Source: Octopus sinensis
Taxonomy: Eukaryota
DNA length: 64,000 nt
NCBI RefSeq assembly: GCF_006345805.1
Contig: NC_042999.1
Span: 51,274,001 to 51,338,000, forward strand
Direction of reading: 5' to 3'
The notes below the pieces were generated by a model. It was not told the DNA's origin, ran no database searches, and saw only the letters and a program-made list of their open reading frames with translations. A program made the translations under genes and the position numbers. Shown in pieces: positions 22,585 through 34,916 of the stretch (position 1 is its first letter; each line of letters starts with the position of its first letter).

Positions 22585-24088
22585 AAAACTGAGGAATTCA
22601 AGACAGGCTGCCCCTGGGAGCTTCTCTATGCTGATGACCTTGCTCTAATAGCTGAGTCACTATCAGAACTAGAGAAATTTCAGGTCTGGAAGCAAGGTCT
22701 AGAATCGAAGGGCCTTAGAGTCAACCTTGTAAAAACCAAGTCTTAATAAGTAGGAAGGCAGACAAATCACAAATTCCTTCAGGTAGGTGGCCCTGCTCAA
22801 TCTGTTGAAAAGGTGTTGGTAGAAATTCCATAGGATGTACCCAGTGTAAGCTATGGGCACATAAGAGGTGTAGCAATATCAAAGGAAGGCTAACTGGGAA
22901 GATAGTTTTTATGTGTGGCAAATGCTCAGGGGCAATAAACACAGAATGTGCAGAAAACAACTTCTGTAATTTCAGGGGAAAAACTACAAGTAATTGATAG
23001 CTTCTGTTACCTAGGTGACCAAGTGAGTAGTGGGGGTGGATACTCTCAGAGTGTAGCTGCTAGAATAAGAATAGCCTGGGCAAAGTTCAGAGAGCCTTTA
23101 CTTCTGCTGGTGACAAAGGGCCTCTTGCTCAGAGTAAAAGGTAGACTGTATGATGCATGTGTGCAAACAATCATGCTACATGGCAGTGAAACATGGGCCA
23201 TGACTGCTGAGGACATGCATAAGCTTGCAAGAAATGAAGCTAGTATGCTCTGATAGATGTGTAATGTCAATGTGCATGCACGACAGAGTGTAAGCGCCCT
23301 GAGAGAAAAGTTGGGCATAAGAGGCATCAGATGTGGTGTGCAAGAGAGACAACTATGCTGGTATGGTCATGTGTTGTGTATGGATGAGGACAGCTGTGTG
23401 AAAAAATGTCACACCCTAGCAGTAAAGGGAACCTGTGGAAGAAGTAGACCCAGGAAGACCAGGGATGACTTGGTGAAGCACTACCTTCGAATGTTGGTCA
23501 TCAATGAGGCAATGATGAGTGACCAAGACTTTTGGAGATATGCTGTACTTGAAAAAACCCAGCAAGTCAAGTGAGACCGTGGCCTATGCCAGTGCAGTAT
23601 AACCGGTCCATTTAAGAATATCCTTCAATCGTTGGACAATAAACTGTGCTTGTGAAGACCTGTTGAGTCAAGTGAAGTCATGGCTGATGCCAGTATCACC
23701 TGATTGGCACCTGTGCCTGTGGCACGTAAAAAGCACCATTCAAGCATGGTTGATGCCAGTGCCATCTGACAGGTCCCGTGCCAGTGGCACGTAAAAAGCA
23801 CCATTTGAGCATGGTTGTTGCCAGTGCCGCCTGATTGACTCCCGTGCCGGTGGCAAATAAAAAGCACCGTTCAAGCATGGTCGCTGTCAGTGCCACCTGA
23901 CTGGTCCTCATACTGGTGGCACATCAAAAGCACCCACTACACTCAGAGTGGTTGGTATTAGGAGGGGCATCCAGCTGTAGAAACTTTGCAAATCAGATTG
24001 GAGTTGGTACAGCCTTCTGGGTTGCCAGTCCTCAGTCGAACCGTCCAACCCATGCCAACGTGGAAAGCGGACATTAAACAATGATGAT
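22585..24088 (+). mobile_element. 5'-truncated RTE-clade LINE (RT end, PHD-like finger, C-terminus, 3' UTR repeats, GAT tail)
   Basis: GCPWELLYADDL, VIDSFCYLGDQ and WYGHV motifs; decayed ~60-bp 3' UTR units; tail aatgatgataatg. Confidence 0.92.
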
Positions 24089-24298
24089 AATGAGAATGTG
24101 TGCCCATATGTGTGCATCACTAAAACTCAAGAACTACCCAACCGATTTCATTAACATTTTACATGTACACTACTTGGGGCCCATGGAGTGTCATGGGCAA
24201 AAAAAAAAAAAAATTTCAGCCTCTTGCCTATATACTACAAGGCTTGTAAGATTTTGTACACAGAAACTGAAAGAAGATTGTGATATATATGTGTATAA

Positions 24299-24520
24299 GG
24301 CGGTGAGCTGGCAAAAACGTTAGCGCACCGGGCGAAATGCTTTGCGGTATTTCGTCTGTCGTTACGTTCTGAGTTCAAATTCTGCCGAGGTCGACTTTGC
24401 CTTTCATCCTCTCGGGGTCGATAAATAAAGTACTGGGTCGATGTAATCGACTTAATCCCTTTGTCTGTTCTTGTTTGTCCCCTCTATGTTTAGCCCCTTG
24501 TGGGTAATAAAGAAATATAT
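24299..24520 (+). mobile_element. SINE family C
   Basis: Matches the copies at 13989 and 60248. Confidence 0.88.
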
Positions 24521-24524
24521 ATAT

Positions 24525-24715
24525 GTGTGTATATTTGTGTCTGGGTGTGTGTCTGTTTGTACCCCCACCACCACCATTGCTGTCCCTGTAACTTAACTAT
24601 TTGGCAAAATACACCAATAGAATAAGTAGTAGGCTTACAAAGAATAAATCCTGGGGTTGATTTCTTCAACTAAAGGTGGTGCTCCAGCATGGCTGCAGTC
24701 ACATACATGACCATC
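24525..24715 (+). mobile_element. SINE family A 3' half
   Basis: gaataagtagtaggcttacaaagaataa...ggtgctccagcatggctgcagtc. Confidence 0.75.
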
Positions 24716-25079
24716 TCCACTCACTATGGCTTCTCTTGCTACTCAATTACTACCATTTCTGTTGTCTTCAGCACCCTCCACAATGCCCACTTCCAGCACA
24801 TTTATAGAACTCTTTACTCTCATGTTTTCCAGCCTGCTTTGCACGCAATTCTTTCCAACGCAGCGTTTCTTGGACGCCCAGTTATGCATTGCTAAGCTAA
24901 GATATTCTCTCGTTTTTTTTATCTTGTCATGCACTCATCCACCATCGCTACTAATACTTAATGTGTATTATTTACTACTTACTATTTACTAATACCCACT
25001 TTCATAAGCTAATTATTCAAATTGTCCCTTCAATATATAACTTCCTATCTCTCTCTCTCTCTCTCAGCCTTCATGTCTA

Positions 25080-25880
25080 AATGAAATCTCTCACCAGATA
25101 TCTCTCTCTCTTCTCCCACCACCACCACCACTGGATATCTCTCTCTCTTCTTCCACCACTATCATTGGATATCTCTCTTTCTCTCTTCTCCCATCACCAT
25201 CATCGGATCTCTCTCTCTCTCTCTTCTCCCACCACCATTTCTAAATGAAATCGTTCCTCCTCACCCCTGTTCTTATGTTGGTTACATATTTTATATACCA
25301 ACTCTCTAAATTAACCCTTGCTTGTTCATGGTGCACCTGATAATGGATATCCATCTCTCTCTCTCTCTCTCTTCTCCCACCACCATCACCAGATATCTCT
25401 CTCTCTTCTCCCACCACCATCACCAGATATCTCTCTCTCTTCTCCCACCACCATCACCGGATATCTCTCTCTCTTCCATCACCACCACTGGATCTCTCTC
25501 TTCTCCCACCACCATCACCGGATATCTCTCTCTCTCTTCTCCCACCGCCGTCACCGGATATCTCTCTCTCTTCTCCCACCGCCGTCACCGGATAACTCTC
25601 TCTCTCTCTTCTCCCACCGCCATCACCGGATATCTCTCTCTCTTCTCCCACCGCTGTCACCGGATATCTCTCTCTCTTCTACCACCATCACCAGATATCT
25701 CTCTCTCTCTTCTCCCACCATCACCACCGAAAATCTCTCTCTCTTCTCCCATTGCCATCAGTGAATATCTCTCTCTCTCTTCTCCCACCGCCATCACCGG
25801 ATATCTCTCTTTCTCTTCTCCCACCGCCATCACCGGATATCTTTCTCTTCTCCCACCACCATCAGTGGATATCTCTCTTA
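25080..25880. repeat. ~35-bp minisatellite (ctcccaccaccatcaccggatatctctctctctt), about 20 units
   Basis: Direct reading; explains the Ser/Leu/Pro/His ORFs. Confidence 0.93.
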
Positions 25881-26364
25881 TTGGAAACCCCCTCCCTCAC
25901 TGGTAGTACTCTCTGTCATACCTGCAATCTCCCCCCTCTCTCCCTCCCAGGAGAAATGTAACTAGTTTAGCTGCGCACCTACTTAATCAGCTATCTTTCG
26001 TTTTTCACTCGAAATCTGCCAACAAACTACTCGGTAATTTCCGTGGATGTATCAAATTGGAAATAGAAAGTTAATAGGGCTCTATGTGTGTGCTTCTTGT
26101 CTGTGTCCACGTGCTTGTTCTTATGTATGGGTATGCTTGTTCCTCTCCTCTCATTGACCCCACCTCCCACACTGGTGATGTCTTCTATCATACCTGCAAT
26201 TTCCTCTTCCTTTCTCTCTCCCCAGGACAAATGCAACTAGTTTAGCTAGCCACCTTCTTAATCTAACATTGGCATATTGATATTCATATTCTCCTTTATC
26301 TATCTTTATTGATTTCCTTACTTATATCTGCAACACCAGCAAAGCTTACATTTATGTTTTTACA

Positions 26365-26757
26365 ATGTCCATGATGCTTATACTTACAACGCTGCTAACA
26401 CCTACTCCTACCGCCTGTAGGGGTAACAATCTTAACATGCCTGAATGTCTGAATGATGACAGGTCGAAAGTGAGAAGAGGTGTAGCACAGAAACCTTCTT
26501 TTCAGTCTGTGAATAATATCTCCCCTCCCCATGCCTCCTCCTACATTCCTTTCCCAGTTTTTAGAGTTGGCGCTGTCAATGTAGGCACACAGAAAGGTGA
26601 GATTCTAGAGATGCTTGAAAGGAGACATGTTGATGTGTGTGGCATACAAAAGGTAAGGTGTAGAGGAGCTTCAGCCAGGGTCCTCACAGGCAAGGCACTT
26701 AGGTATAAAATCTTCTGGGAAGGTAACAATGATGGAGTAGGGGGTGTAGGCAGACTC
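26365..26757 (+). mobile_element. older RTE LINE, endonuclease N-terminal part (split by the younger RTE)
   Basis: FRVGAVNVGTQKG, VDVCGIQKVR and YKIFWEGNNDGVGGVGRL; ends exactly at the (CAT)n tail of the insert. Confidence 0.85.
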
Positions 26758-26928
26758 ATCATCATCATCATCATTTAACGTCCGCTTTCCATGCTAGCAT
26801 GGGTTGGACGGTTCAACTGGTGTCTGGGGAGCCCGAAGGCTGCACCAGGCCAGTCAGATCTGGCAGTGTTTCTACAGCTGGATGCCCTTCCTAACGCCAA
26901 CCACTCCGAGAGTGTAGTGGGTGATTTT

Positions 26929-27440
26929 ATGTGCCACCGACACAGGTGCCAGACGAGGCTGGCGAACGGCCACGCTTGGAAGGTGTTTTTATGTGCCACC
27001 GACACAGGTGCCAGACAAGGCTAGCAGACGACCACACTCGGATGGTGTTTTTTATGTGCCACCGACACAGGTGCCAGACAAGGCTGGCGAACGGCCACGC
27101 TCGGATGGTGTTTTTATGTGCCACACGAGGCTGGCGAACGGCCACGCTCGGATGGTGTTTTTATGTGCCACCGACACAGGTGCCAGACAAGGCTAGCAGA
27201 CGACCACGCTCGGATGGTGTTTTTATGTGCCACCGACACAGGTGCCAGACGAGGCTGGCGAACGGCCACGCTCGGATGGTGTTTTTATGTGCCACCGACA
27301 CAGGAGCCAGATTAGGCTGGCGATCGACCACGATTGGATGGTGATTGTTACGTGCCCACAGCATGGAGGCCAGTCGGTGTGGTACTGGCTACGGCCACGT
27401 TCGGATGGTATTCTTGTGTGCCACCGGCACTGGTACCACA
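26929..27440. repeat. 62-bp VNTR in the RTE 3' UTR
   Basis: Units start at 26929, 26991, 27054, 27116, 27163, 27225 and 27287, plus decayed units near 27350 and 27416. Confidence 0.95.
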
Positions 27441-27578
27441 AATTCCATTGATGTTCATCTATTTTGATTTTGTTTGATTTTCACTTGCCTCAACAGGTCT
27501 TCACAAGTGTCACAAGAAGGAAGGTATGCACAGGTTGACTGACTACGTCCCAGGTAGGGGCCACGGGTTATGGCCTGA

Positions 27579-28100
27579 CTAGTCTTGCCGGGTCTTCTCA
27601 CGCACAGCATACTTCCATAGGTCTCGGTCTCTAGTCATTTCGTTGGTGAGACCTAAAGTTCGTAGGTCGTGCCTCACCACTTCATCCCAGGTTTTCCTGG
27701 GTCTACCTCTTCCACAGGTTCCCTCAACTGCTAGGGTGTAGCACTTTTGCACGCAACTATCTTCAGCCATTCTCGTCATATGACCATACCAGCGCAGCCG
27801 TCTCTCTTGCACACCACAACTGACGCTTCTTAGGTTCAACTTTTCTCTCAAGGTACTTACACTCTGACGATTATGAACACTGACATTACACATCCATCGG
27901 AGCATACTGGCTTCATTTCTTGCGAGCTTACGCATATCCTCAGCAGTCACGGCCCATGTTTCACTACCATGTAGCATGGCTGTACGTACACATGCATCAT
28001 AAAGTCTGCCTTTTACTCTGAGCGAGAGGCCTTTTGTCACCAGCAGGGGTAAGAGCTCTCTAAACTTTGCCCAGGCTATTCTTACTCTAGCAGTTACATT
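27579..28100 (-). pseudogene. RTE ORF C-terminal segment
   Basis: RLRWYGHMTRM, GRGRPRKTWDEVV; stop at 27579. Confidence 0.9.
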
Positions 28101-29680
28101 TCAGCACACCCACCCCCGCTACTAACTTGGTCTCCTAGGTAGCGGAAGCTATCAACTACTTCTAGTTTGTCTCCCTGGAACGTGGTAGAAGTTGGTCTCT
28201 GCACATTTCCAGTGTTTATTTCTCCTGAGCATCTGCCACATACGAAAACTATCTTCCCAGTTAGCCTACCTTTGACATTGCTGCACCTCTTATGTGTCCA
28301 TAGCTTACACTTGGTGCACCTTATAGAGTTTCTACCTACACCTTTTCTACAGATCGAGCAGGGCCATCTACCTGAAGTCGTTTGTGGTTGGTCCACCTTC
28401 CTACTTATTAGGACTTTGGTTTTGGCTAGGTTGATTCTAAGGCCCTTCGATTCTAATCCTTGTTTCCACACCTGAAACTTCTCCTCCAGTTCTGATAGTG
28501 ACTCAGCAATTAGGGCAAGGTCATCAGCATATAGGAGCTCCCAGGGGCATCCTGTCTTAAATTCTTCCGTTATTGCCTGGAGGACTATGATAAATAGGAG
28601 GGGGCTGAGGACTGAACCTTGGTGGACCCCAACCTCTACCCGGAATTCTTCACTGTACTCGTTGCCAACCCTCACCTTACTAGCTGCGTCTCTGTACATG
28701 GCTCGCACAGCTCTCACTAACCATTCATCTATCCCTAGTTTCCTCATTGACCACCAGATAAGGGATCGGGGGACCCTGTTAAAGGCTTTCTCTAAGTCAA
28801 CAAAAGCCAGGTACAAGGGCTTACCTTTGGCTAGGTATTTCTCCTGCAGCTGTCTTACCAGGAATATAGCATCAGTAGTACTTTTCCCTGGCACGAACCC
28901 AAACTGCATATCATCTAAGCTAACTCTCTCTCTAATTAACTGGGCTATAACCCTCTCCGTAACCTTCATTACCTGATCCAACAGCTTGATACCCCTGTAG
29001 TTATTTGTATCTAGGGCATCGCCTTTACCCTTGTAGCAGTTGACTATTATGCTGCTACACCAGTCATTGGGTATGACTCCTTCGTGTATCACCTGGTTAA
29101 CTATACGGGTGACTATGCTATAGCCGACACTACCAGATATTTTGAGCATCTCTGCAGTAATTCCTGATGGGCCTGGGGCTTTCCCTGTCTTCATGCTTCT
29201 AATTGCCTTAGCTACCACGGAACTATCAACTCGGATAGCTGGTCCCTCTGTTGGGTCAACATTCGGCAGACTCTCTTTATCCCATTCATTTTCCTCATTC
29301 AGCAACCTTTCATAGTGGCGTCTCCAAGCTTCTCTCTTTGCATCCTCATTTAGCGCAAGTGAACCATCCTCCATGCGAACACATTTCTCTCCTACCACAT
29401 CACGATTCTCTCTCACACACTGTCTTGCAACACGAAATACCTCAAGTCTTTCATCCTCACGGCGCAGGTCATTGGCAAATTTTCTTTTATCTGCTTCCCC
29501 TCTGGCTAGATAGACCTGTCTCCTAGCTTCCCTTCTGGCAGTCTGATACACTTCCCTGCTACCACCGTTCTTCCAGGCCTTCCAAGCCTGTTTCTTTTGT
29601 CTAATAGCCCTGTCAACAATATTGTTCCACCACCACGTTATTTTGGGTCTTAAGGGGACTTTGCACCAGCCACAGATCTG
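28094..29680 (-). pseudogene. RTE ORF reverse transcriptase and PHD-like segment
   Basis: KAPGPSG, NYRGIKLL, FVDLEKAFNRV, GVHQGSVLSPLLF, LLYADDL. Confidence 0.95.
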
Positions 29681-30699
29681 GTCAGCAGGTTGTCCCTCAG
29701 AAACGTCCAGTTGTCTTCTACCCCATGTGTAGCTATACCCCCTTCCACTTCGTCAAAGGCTTCAAGTAACATATCTCTAAGTCTCTGTCCATTCGCAGGG
29801 TCTTTAAGCTTCCAGACCCTTCTTCTCCATGTTGGTCGTCTTCTAGTCGCCCTCTTAGTCCTGATCCTAAAGTCACTAACTACCAGTCTATGTTGTGGGG
29901 TGCATTCTTCGCCTGGGAAGGTTTTGGCATTTATAAGCAGCCATCTTTCCCTTTTTCTGGCAAGGATGTAATCGATTTGGCTAGTATGCCGGCCCGATCG
30001 GTAGGTGACCAGGTGGCTTGTTGGTTTCCTGAAGTTAGTGTTGCAGATCATAAGACTATTCGCATCGCAGAACTCCAGCAGCCTGGTTCCCTCCTCGTTG
30101 CGGGAACCATAACCGTAGCCTCCATGTACGCCATGGAAGCCCCCAGCATGTCGTCCAACATGCCCATTGAAATCACCAGCCACAAAGAGAAGGTCCCTGT
30201 CGTTCGTCAATGAGGTGGTCTGCAGTAGGGTGTCATAGAAACTGTCTTTCTGTCCATCGGGTAGCCCTGGCTGAGGGGCATAGGCCGATATAATGGTTGC
30301 TAATCTATTATGAAGCGCTATTCTAATCTTAAGTATTCTGTCACTTACTCTGATTACCTCAATTACTCTATCTATCCATTTCTCAGCGATAAGTATACCC
30401 ACGCCACCAACCCCGTCAGTGTTCCCTGCCCAGAAAATCTTGTACCTGTGTTCCTTGCCTGTGAGGAACCTAGCAGATCCTCCTCTCCACCTTATTTCTT
30501 GCATACAACATACATCAACACGTCTCCATTCAAGCATCTCGACTATCTCGCCAGACCTACCTTTCAGTGTGCCAGCATTGAGGGTGCCCACCCTGAGGGG
30601 GTGGAAGGTATTGACCCGAGAGGCACAGGGACGGGGAGCAGTGGCGTCATGAACCTGAAAAGAAGAAGAAAACTCGCATTTGGCAGAATTCATAAGCAA
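29650..30699 (-). pseudogene. RTE ORF apurinic-type endonuclease segment
   Basis: GTLNAGTL, MQEIRW, SAYAPQ, VAGDFNGHVG, SQIDYIL, PQHRLVVSDF. Confidence 0.95.
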
Positions 30700-31693
30700 A
30701 GCAATGAACTTAAGTTCAACCTGTTACACTGCACTATCATGTTTTTGCGCCGTATGGTCACCACCATATATAGAAGGGGTGGTATTGGTTTAAGGCCTTT
30801 AGGTGTTCATGGAAGAAAAGCAAAGGAAGGCAAGGTGAGATAAGGACTTCAGGTGCTGGTGGTGAGATAAGGACTTCTGGTACTGGTGGTGGTGGGGGCG
30901 GGAGGGCGGGCGCACTGCGCAGTAGGAGAAGACGAGATTTAGGCGGCAGTAAGAAAGACAAGATTTGAGATGGAAAGGTTTGCGGTTGTGTGCATAAGTT
31001 TCTATGAGTGGAAGTTGGGAAAGATGGGTTAGAGAATTAAGTGACAGAAAGACCAGATTTGAGACGAGATGTTTTTTTTGCGGTCGTGTGAATAAGTTTT
31101 TGTGAGCGAAAGTTTATATGCTTCAGCTAGCATTTGAGACGAAGGACAACGATAACGATAATATATGGGGACACAATAATAAGGCTTGATGGTGATAATA
31201 ATACTTGCAAAAACAATGAAAGAGGGACAGGTCGTGAACTTAAATATGACTTAGCTGATATTATTCATCATCCTGCGGTTCGTAGTTCGTGTGTTATAGC
31301 CAGGAGAGAAGCAATAATAAGGGCGGTCAAGCCTCGTGCGTAGGGTTTTATAGGGGAGGGGGTGCGGAGGTGTGGGTAGAAGGCAGAGCGTATTGGCTAA
31401 GCCTGTGGCAGCGAGTGAAAGTGAAATATATAGAGAGAGAGAGACAGCGATAACAGAGGGAGAAAACGACACCGCAGAGAGAGAGAGAGAGAGAGAGAGG
31501 GAGGGAGAGAGACATGGTGATAACAGAGGGGCAAAAACGACACCGGGCACTGGGAGAAGACGAGATTTAGACGAAAGTAAGAAAGACAAGATTTGAGATG
31601 GAAAGGTTTGCGGTCGTGTGCATAAGTTTCTATGAGTGGAAGTTGGGAAAGATGGGTTAGAGAATTAAGCGACAGAAAGACCAGATTTGAGAC

Positions 31694-32370
31694 GCAGAGA
31701 AATGGGTGGATAAGGTCATAGAGGTAATCAGGGTGTGTGATAGTGTGCTTAAGCTCAGGCTAGTCCTGCAGAATAGTATAGCTACAATTATCTCTGCCTA
31801 TGCCCCACAAGTGGACCTACCAAATGACCAGAAGGACCACTTTTATGATACCGTTCTACAGGCTACCTCAAAGACAAGTGGCAATGACCTCATCTTTGCG
31901 GTTGGAGATTTTAATGGGCATTTCGGATGGCACTCCAGTATCTTCCATGGTGTTCATGGGGGCCATGGAATTGGTTCCCGAAATGAAGAGGGAACTAGGC
32001 TACTGGAGTTCTGCGATGCATGCAACCTATTAATCTGCAACACTAATTTCAGGATGCCAGTCAGCCACCTGATAAACTATCAATCAGGTGACTCTGCCAG
32101 CCAGATTGATTTCATCTTCACCAGACAACGGGATGCAGGGTTGCTCTTAAATATAAAGACCCTCCCTGGTGAAGAATGTACCCCCTCAGCATAGACTAAT
32201 TATTAGTGACTTTAGACTCAAGGCCAGAAGGATGCCACGAAGCAGACCAATCCAAAAATGGATTTGGAAGCTAAAGGACCCTTCACATGGTCAGAGATTT
32301 AGGGACATCCTCATTGAGAAATTTGATGAGAGGGTAGATGAGCTACAGATTTCAGACATAGAGGGTAACT
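31694..32370 (+). mobile_element. older RTE LINE, continuation of the endonuclease after the nested insert
   Basis: AEKWVDKVIEVIRV, SAYAPQ, GDFNGH, SQIDFI. Confidence 0.88.
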
Positions 32371-32548
32371 GCCTTGACGGCAATGTAACCTTTGATGAAT
32401 AGCTCATGGAGTACTCCGCATTGAGTAATTATTATTTCCGAGGTTCTGCTAGTTAGGAAATAATAATTATTTGATGAATGATTATTATTATATATATATA
32501 TATATATAACTTGGATTTTACTTGCACCATTCCCTCAATTTGGATATA

Positions 32549-32902
32549 TCATCATCATCATCATCGTTTAGCGTCCGCTTTCCATGCTAGCATGAGTTGG
32601 ACGGTTCAACTGGGGTCTGGGAAGCCAGAAGGCTGCACCAGGCCCAGTCTGATCTGGCAATGTTTCTACAGCTGGATGCCCTTCCTAACGCCAACCACTC
32701 CGTGAGTGTAGTGGGTGCTTTTTACGTGCCACTGGCACGGGTGCCAGACGAGGCTGGCAAACGGCCACGATCGGATGGTGCTTTTTACGTGCCATTGGCA
32801 CAAGGCCAGTCGAGGCGGCGCTGGCATCAGCCATATTTGGATGGTTCTCTTACATGCCTCCGGCACTGGTATCACAGCTGCAATTTCTATTGATGTTGAT
32901 CG
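32549..32902 (-). mobile_element. RTE 3'-end insertion with a ~48-bp target-site duplication
   Basis: (CAT)n tail; flanks 32501-32548 and 32914-32961 differ at 2 positions. Confidence 0.88.
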
Positions 32903-32999
32903 ATATATATATGTATATATAACTTGGATTTTACCAGCACCATTCCCTCAATTTGGATATACACACACACACACACACACACACATGTGACTTAGATTC

Positions 33000-34410
33000 T
33001 CTCAGATGCCCAGAGAGCTCTCTTGAGGTTGTTGATAATTTCTGTTACCTAGGTGATCAAATTATCAATGGTGGAGGATGCTCAGAAAGTATTGTTTCTA
33101 GAATAAGAATTGGGTGGAGGAAGTTCAGAGAGCTATTACCTCTGTTGGCAACAAAAGGACTCTCTGAGCGAGAGTCCTTTTTTTTGCCACAAGCACCATA
33201 CAGTCTCCATGGTAGTGAGACATGGGCTCTGAATGTAGACGACATGCGTAGACTTGAGAGAAATGAAAGTAGTATGCACTGTTGGATGTGCAACATCAGT
33301 GCGCATATATATGACAAAATGCAAATGTATTGAGAGAAAAGTTGGGCATAAGGGGAATCAAATGTAGCATGCAAGAGAGAAGACTATGTTGGTTGGGACA
33401 TATGATGTGTATGAATGAGGACAGCTGCATAAAGAAGTGTTGATCACTGAAAGGGGATGGTACCCATAAAAGAGGGAGACTCAGGAAGACATGGGATGAG
33501 GTGGTAAAAACCAATCTCAGGGTGTTGGGCCTCGTGAAGGAAATGATAATGAACCAAGGTCTCTGGTAATATGAGGGTCTTGAGAAGACCTGCCCATGTC
33601 AGTGAAACTGAGTTCTAGAAATACTGTGTCCCACCCACACTTAACAAGAAAACTTCTTACACGCTCTACCACAATGAACTAAACTACATCTCTTCCTCAC
33701 ATTTCCTCCTTTATACATTATGCCTCCCAGGGCATACATACCTCAAGAGTATGCGCTGGCACTTGCCACCATCTATATCTCTTCCTTTACTCAACGATCC
33801 CCATCCATTGCGAGTATGCCCGGCACTTTGCCACCATCTCTGCCCTGGTGTCTCCTACACTCTCCCCCCCTCCTGCATTTCCCTCAGTTTGGGTAACCAT
33901 GTATTTTCTTTGAGGCAGTGCACCTGTTTCTGTCTTCATTCTTCTTCTCTCTCTCTCCCCTCCCCCCATCTGGGTAACCTTGTACTTCCTCAACAGCAAA
34001 ACACCCATTTCTGTGTCTGTCTCACTATAACCTTTCATCATCTGACACAAAATCACCTCCTCCAATTCCCTCTCTCCACTCAGATTTTTTTTTGTCTTGC
34101 AAGTACTTGGTGACCCTCTCAGTGCAGGTGCCACTTAAAAGCACCCAGTCCACACTGTTAAGTGGTTGGTGTTTGGAAGGGCATCTAGGTGTTGAACCCT
34201 TACCAAAATTGACACTGCCTGTGCTTGTGCCATGTAAAAAGCACTAAGTCCACTCTGCTGAGTGGTTGGTGTTAGAAAGGGCTTCCAGCTGTAAAAATCC
34301 GACCAAAACAGTTGCAAAAGTCTGATGCAGGCTTCTGGCTGGCCAGCTCCTGTCAAACCGTCCCACCCATGCCAGCATGGAAGGTGGACATTAAGTGATG
34401 AAGGCAATAC
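33000..34410 (+). mobile_element. RTE LINE C-terminal fragment with a long decayed 3' UTR
   Basis: LEVVDNFCYLGDQ and HGSETWAL motifs; 3' end ccatgccagcatggaaggtggacattaagtgatga. Confidence 0.8.
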
Positions 34411-34629
34411 ACACAAGATAGGAAAATAGTGTGATGTAACAATGAAAAGTAATTTACAATGAATGCCAAAACGAAGTAATAGTGTATGGAAATAATGTTT
34501 GGAAAATGAGGTATGGTCCAGTGAGCTGTTGAAACTATTCCTGGAATAGAGAAATAGAAAAGATACAGAATTTGTTTTGCAGAAATAGGAAATGAAGAGA
34601 ATTGCATGCTAGAAATGGGATACAGCAGT

Positions 34630-34848
34630 TTAATCCTTTAGTGTTTGCATTAATCTGCCAAAATTAATCCTTTTTTATCCACATTGTTTTGAACTAATCA
34701 GGCATTATCTTGGTGCTATAAGATTTTGATGAGGTAGCTGTTAATTTTTAAAACAATATTGTAGGGTTGGTGTGAGAGACCAGATATGGCCAGTTTGAAC
34801 ATAAAACAGGCAGAATACTTATGGCCGGTTTAAATGCTAAAGGGTTAA
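34630..34848. mobile_element. TTAA-flanked (piggyBac/Kolobok-type) MITE
   Basis: ttaa tcctttag ... tttaaatgctaaaggg ttaa; same family as 61842 and 63542. Confidence 0.75.
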
Positions 34849-34916
34849 ACAAAAATGTAAGAAGACAGTGGTTGTGTATGTTGGTATCATAAATGAAAGA
34901 AGGTGCAAAAAAAGTA

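Larger units (their letters stand above)
26757..31693 (-). mobile_element. near-intact, apparently full-length RTE-clade LINE (~4.9 kb)
   Basis: APE-RT-PHD-like-C-terminus reading broken only near 29680 and 28100; ~1-kb 5' UTR; VNTR-bearing 3' UTR; (GAT)n tail; both ends defined by the interrupted older RTE. Confidence 0.95.

Noticed and set aside
25318-25961. Ser/Pro/Thr/His-rich ORFs up to 194 aa
   Set aside because: Minisatellite translation.
26929-27440. CRISPR-like array
   Set aside because: Head-to-tail tandem units with no unique spacers, no cas genes, located in a LINE 3' UTR of a eukaryotic genome.
30700-31693. HDV-like ribozyme expected at some RTE 5' ends
   Set aside because: I could not find the nested double-pseudoknot motifs by eye; a descriptor search would be needed.
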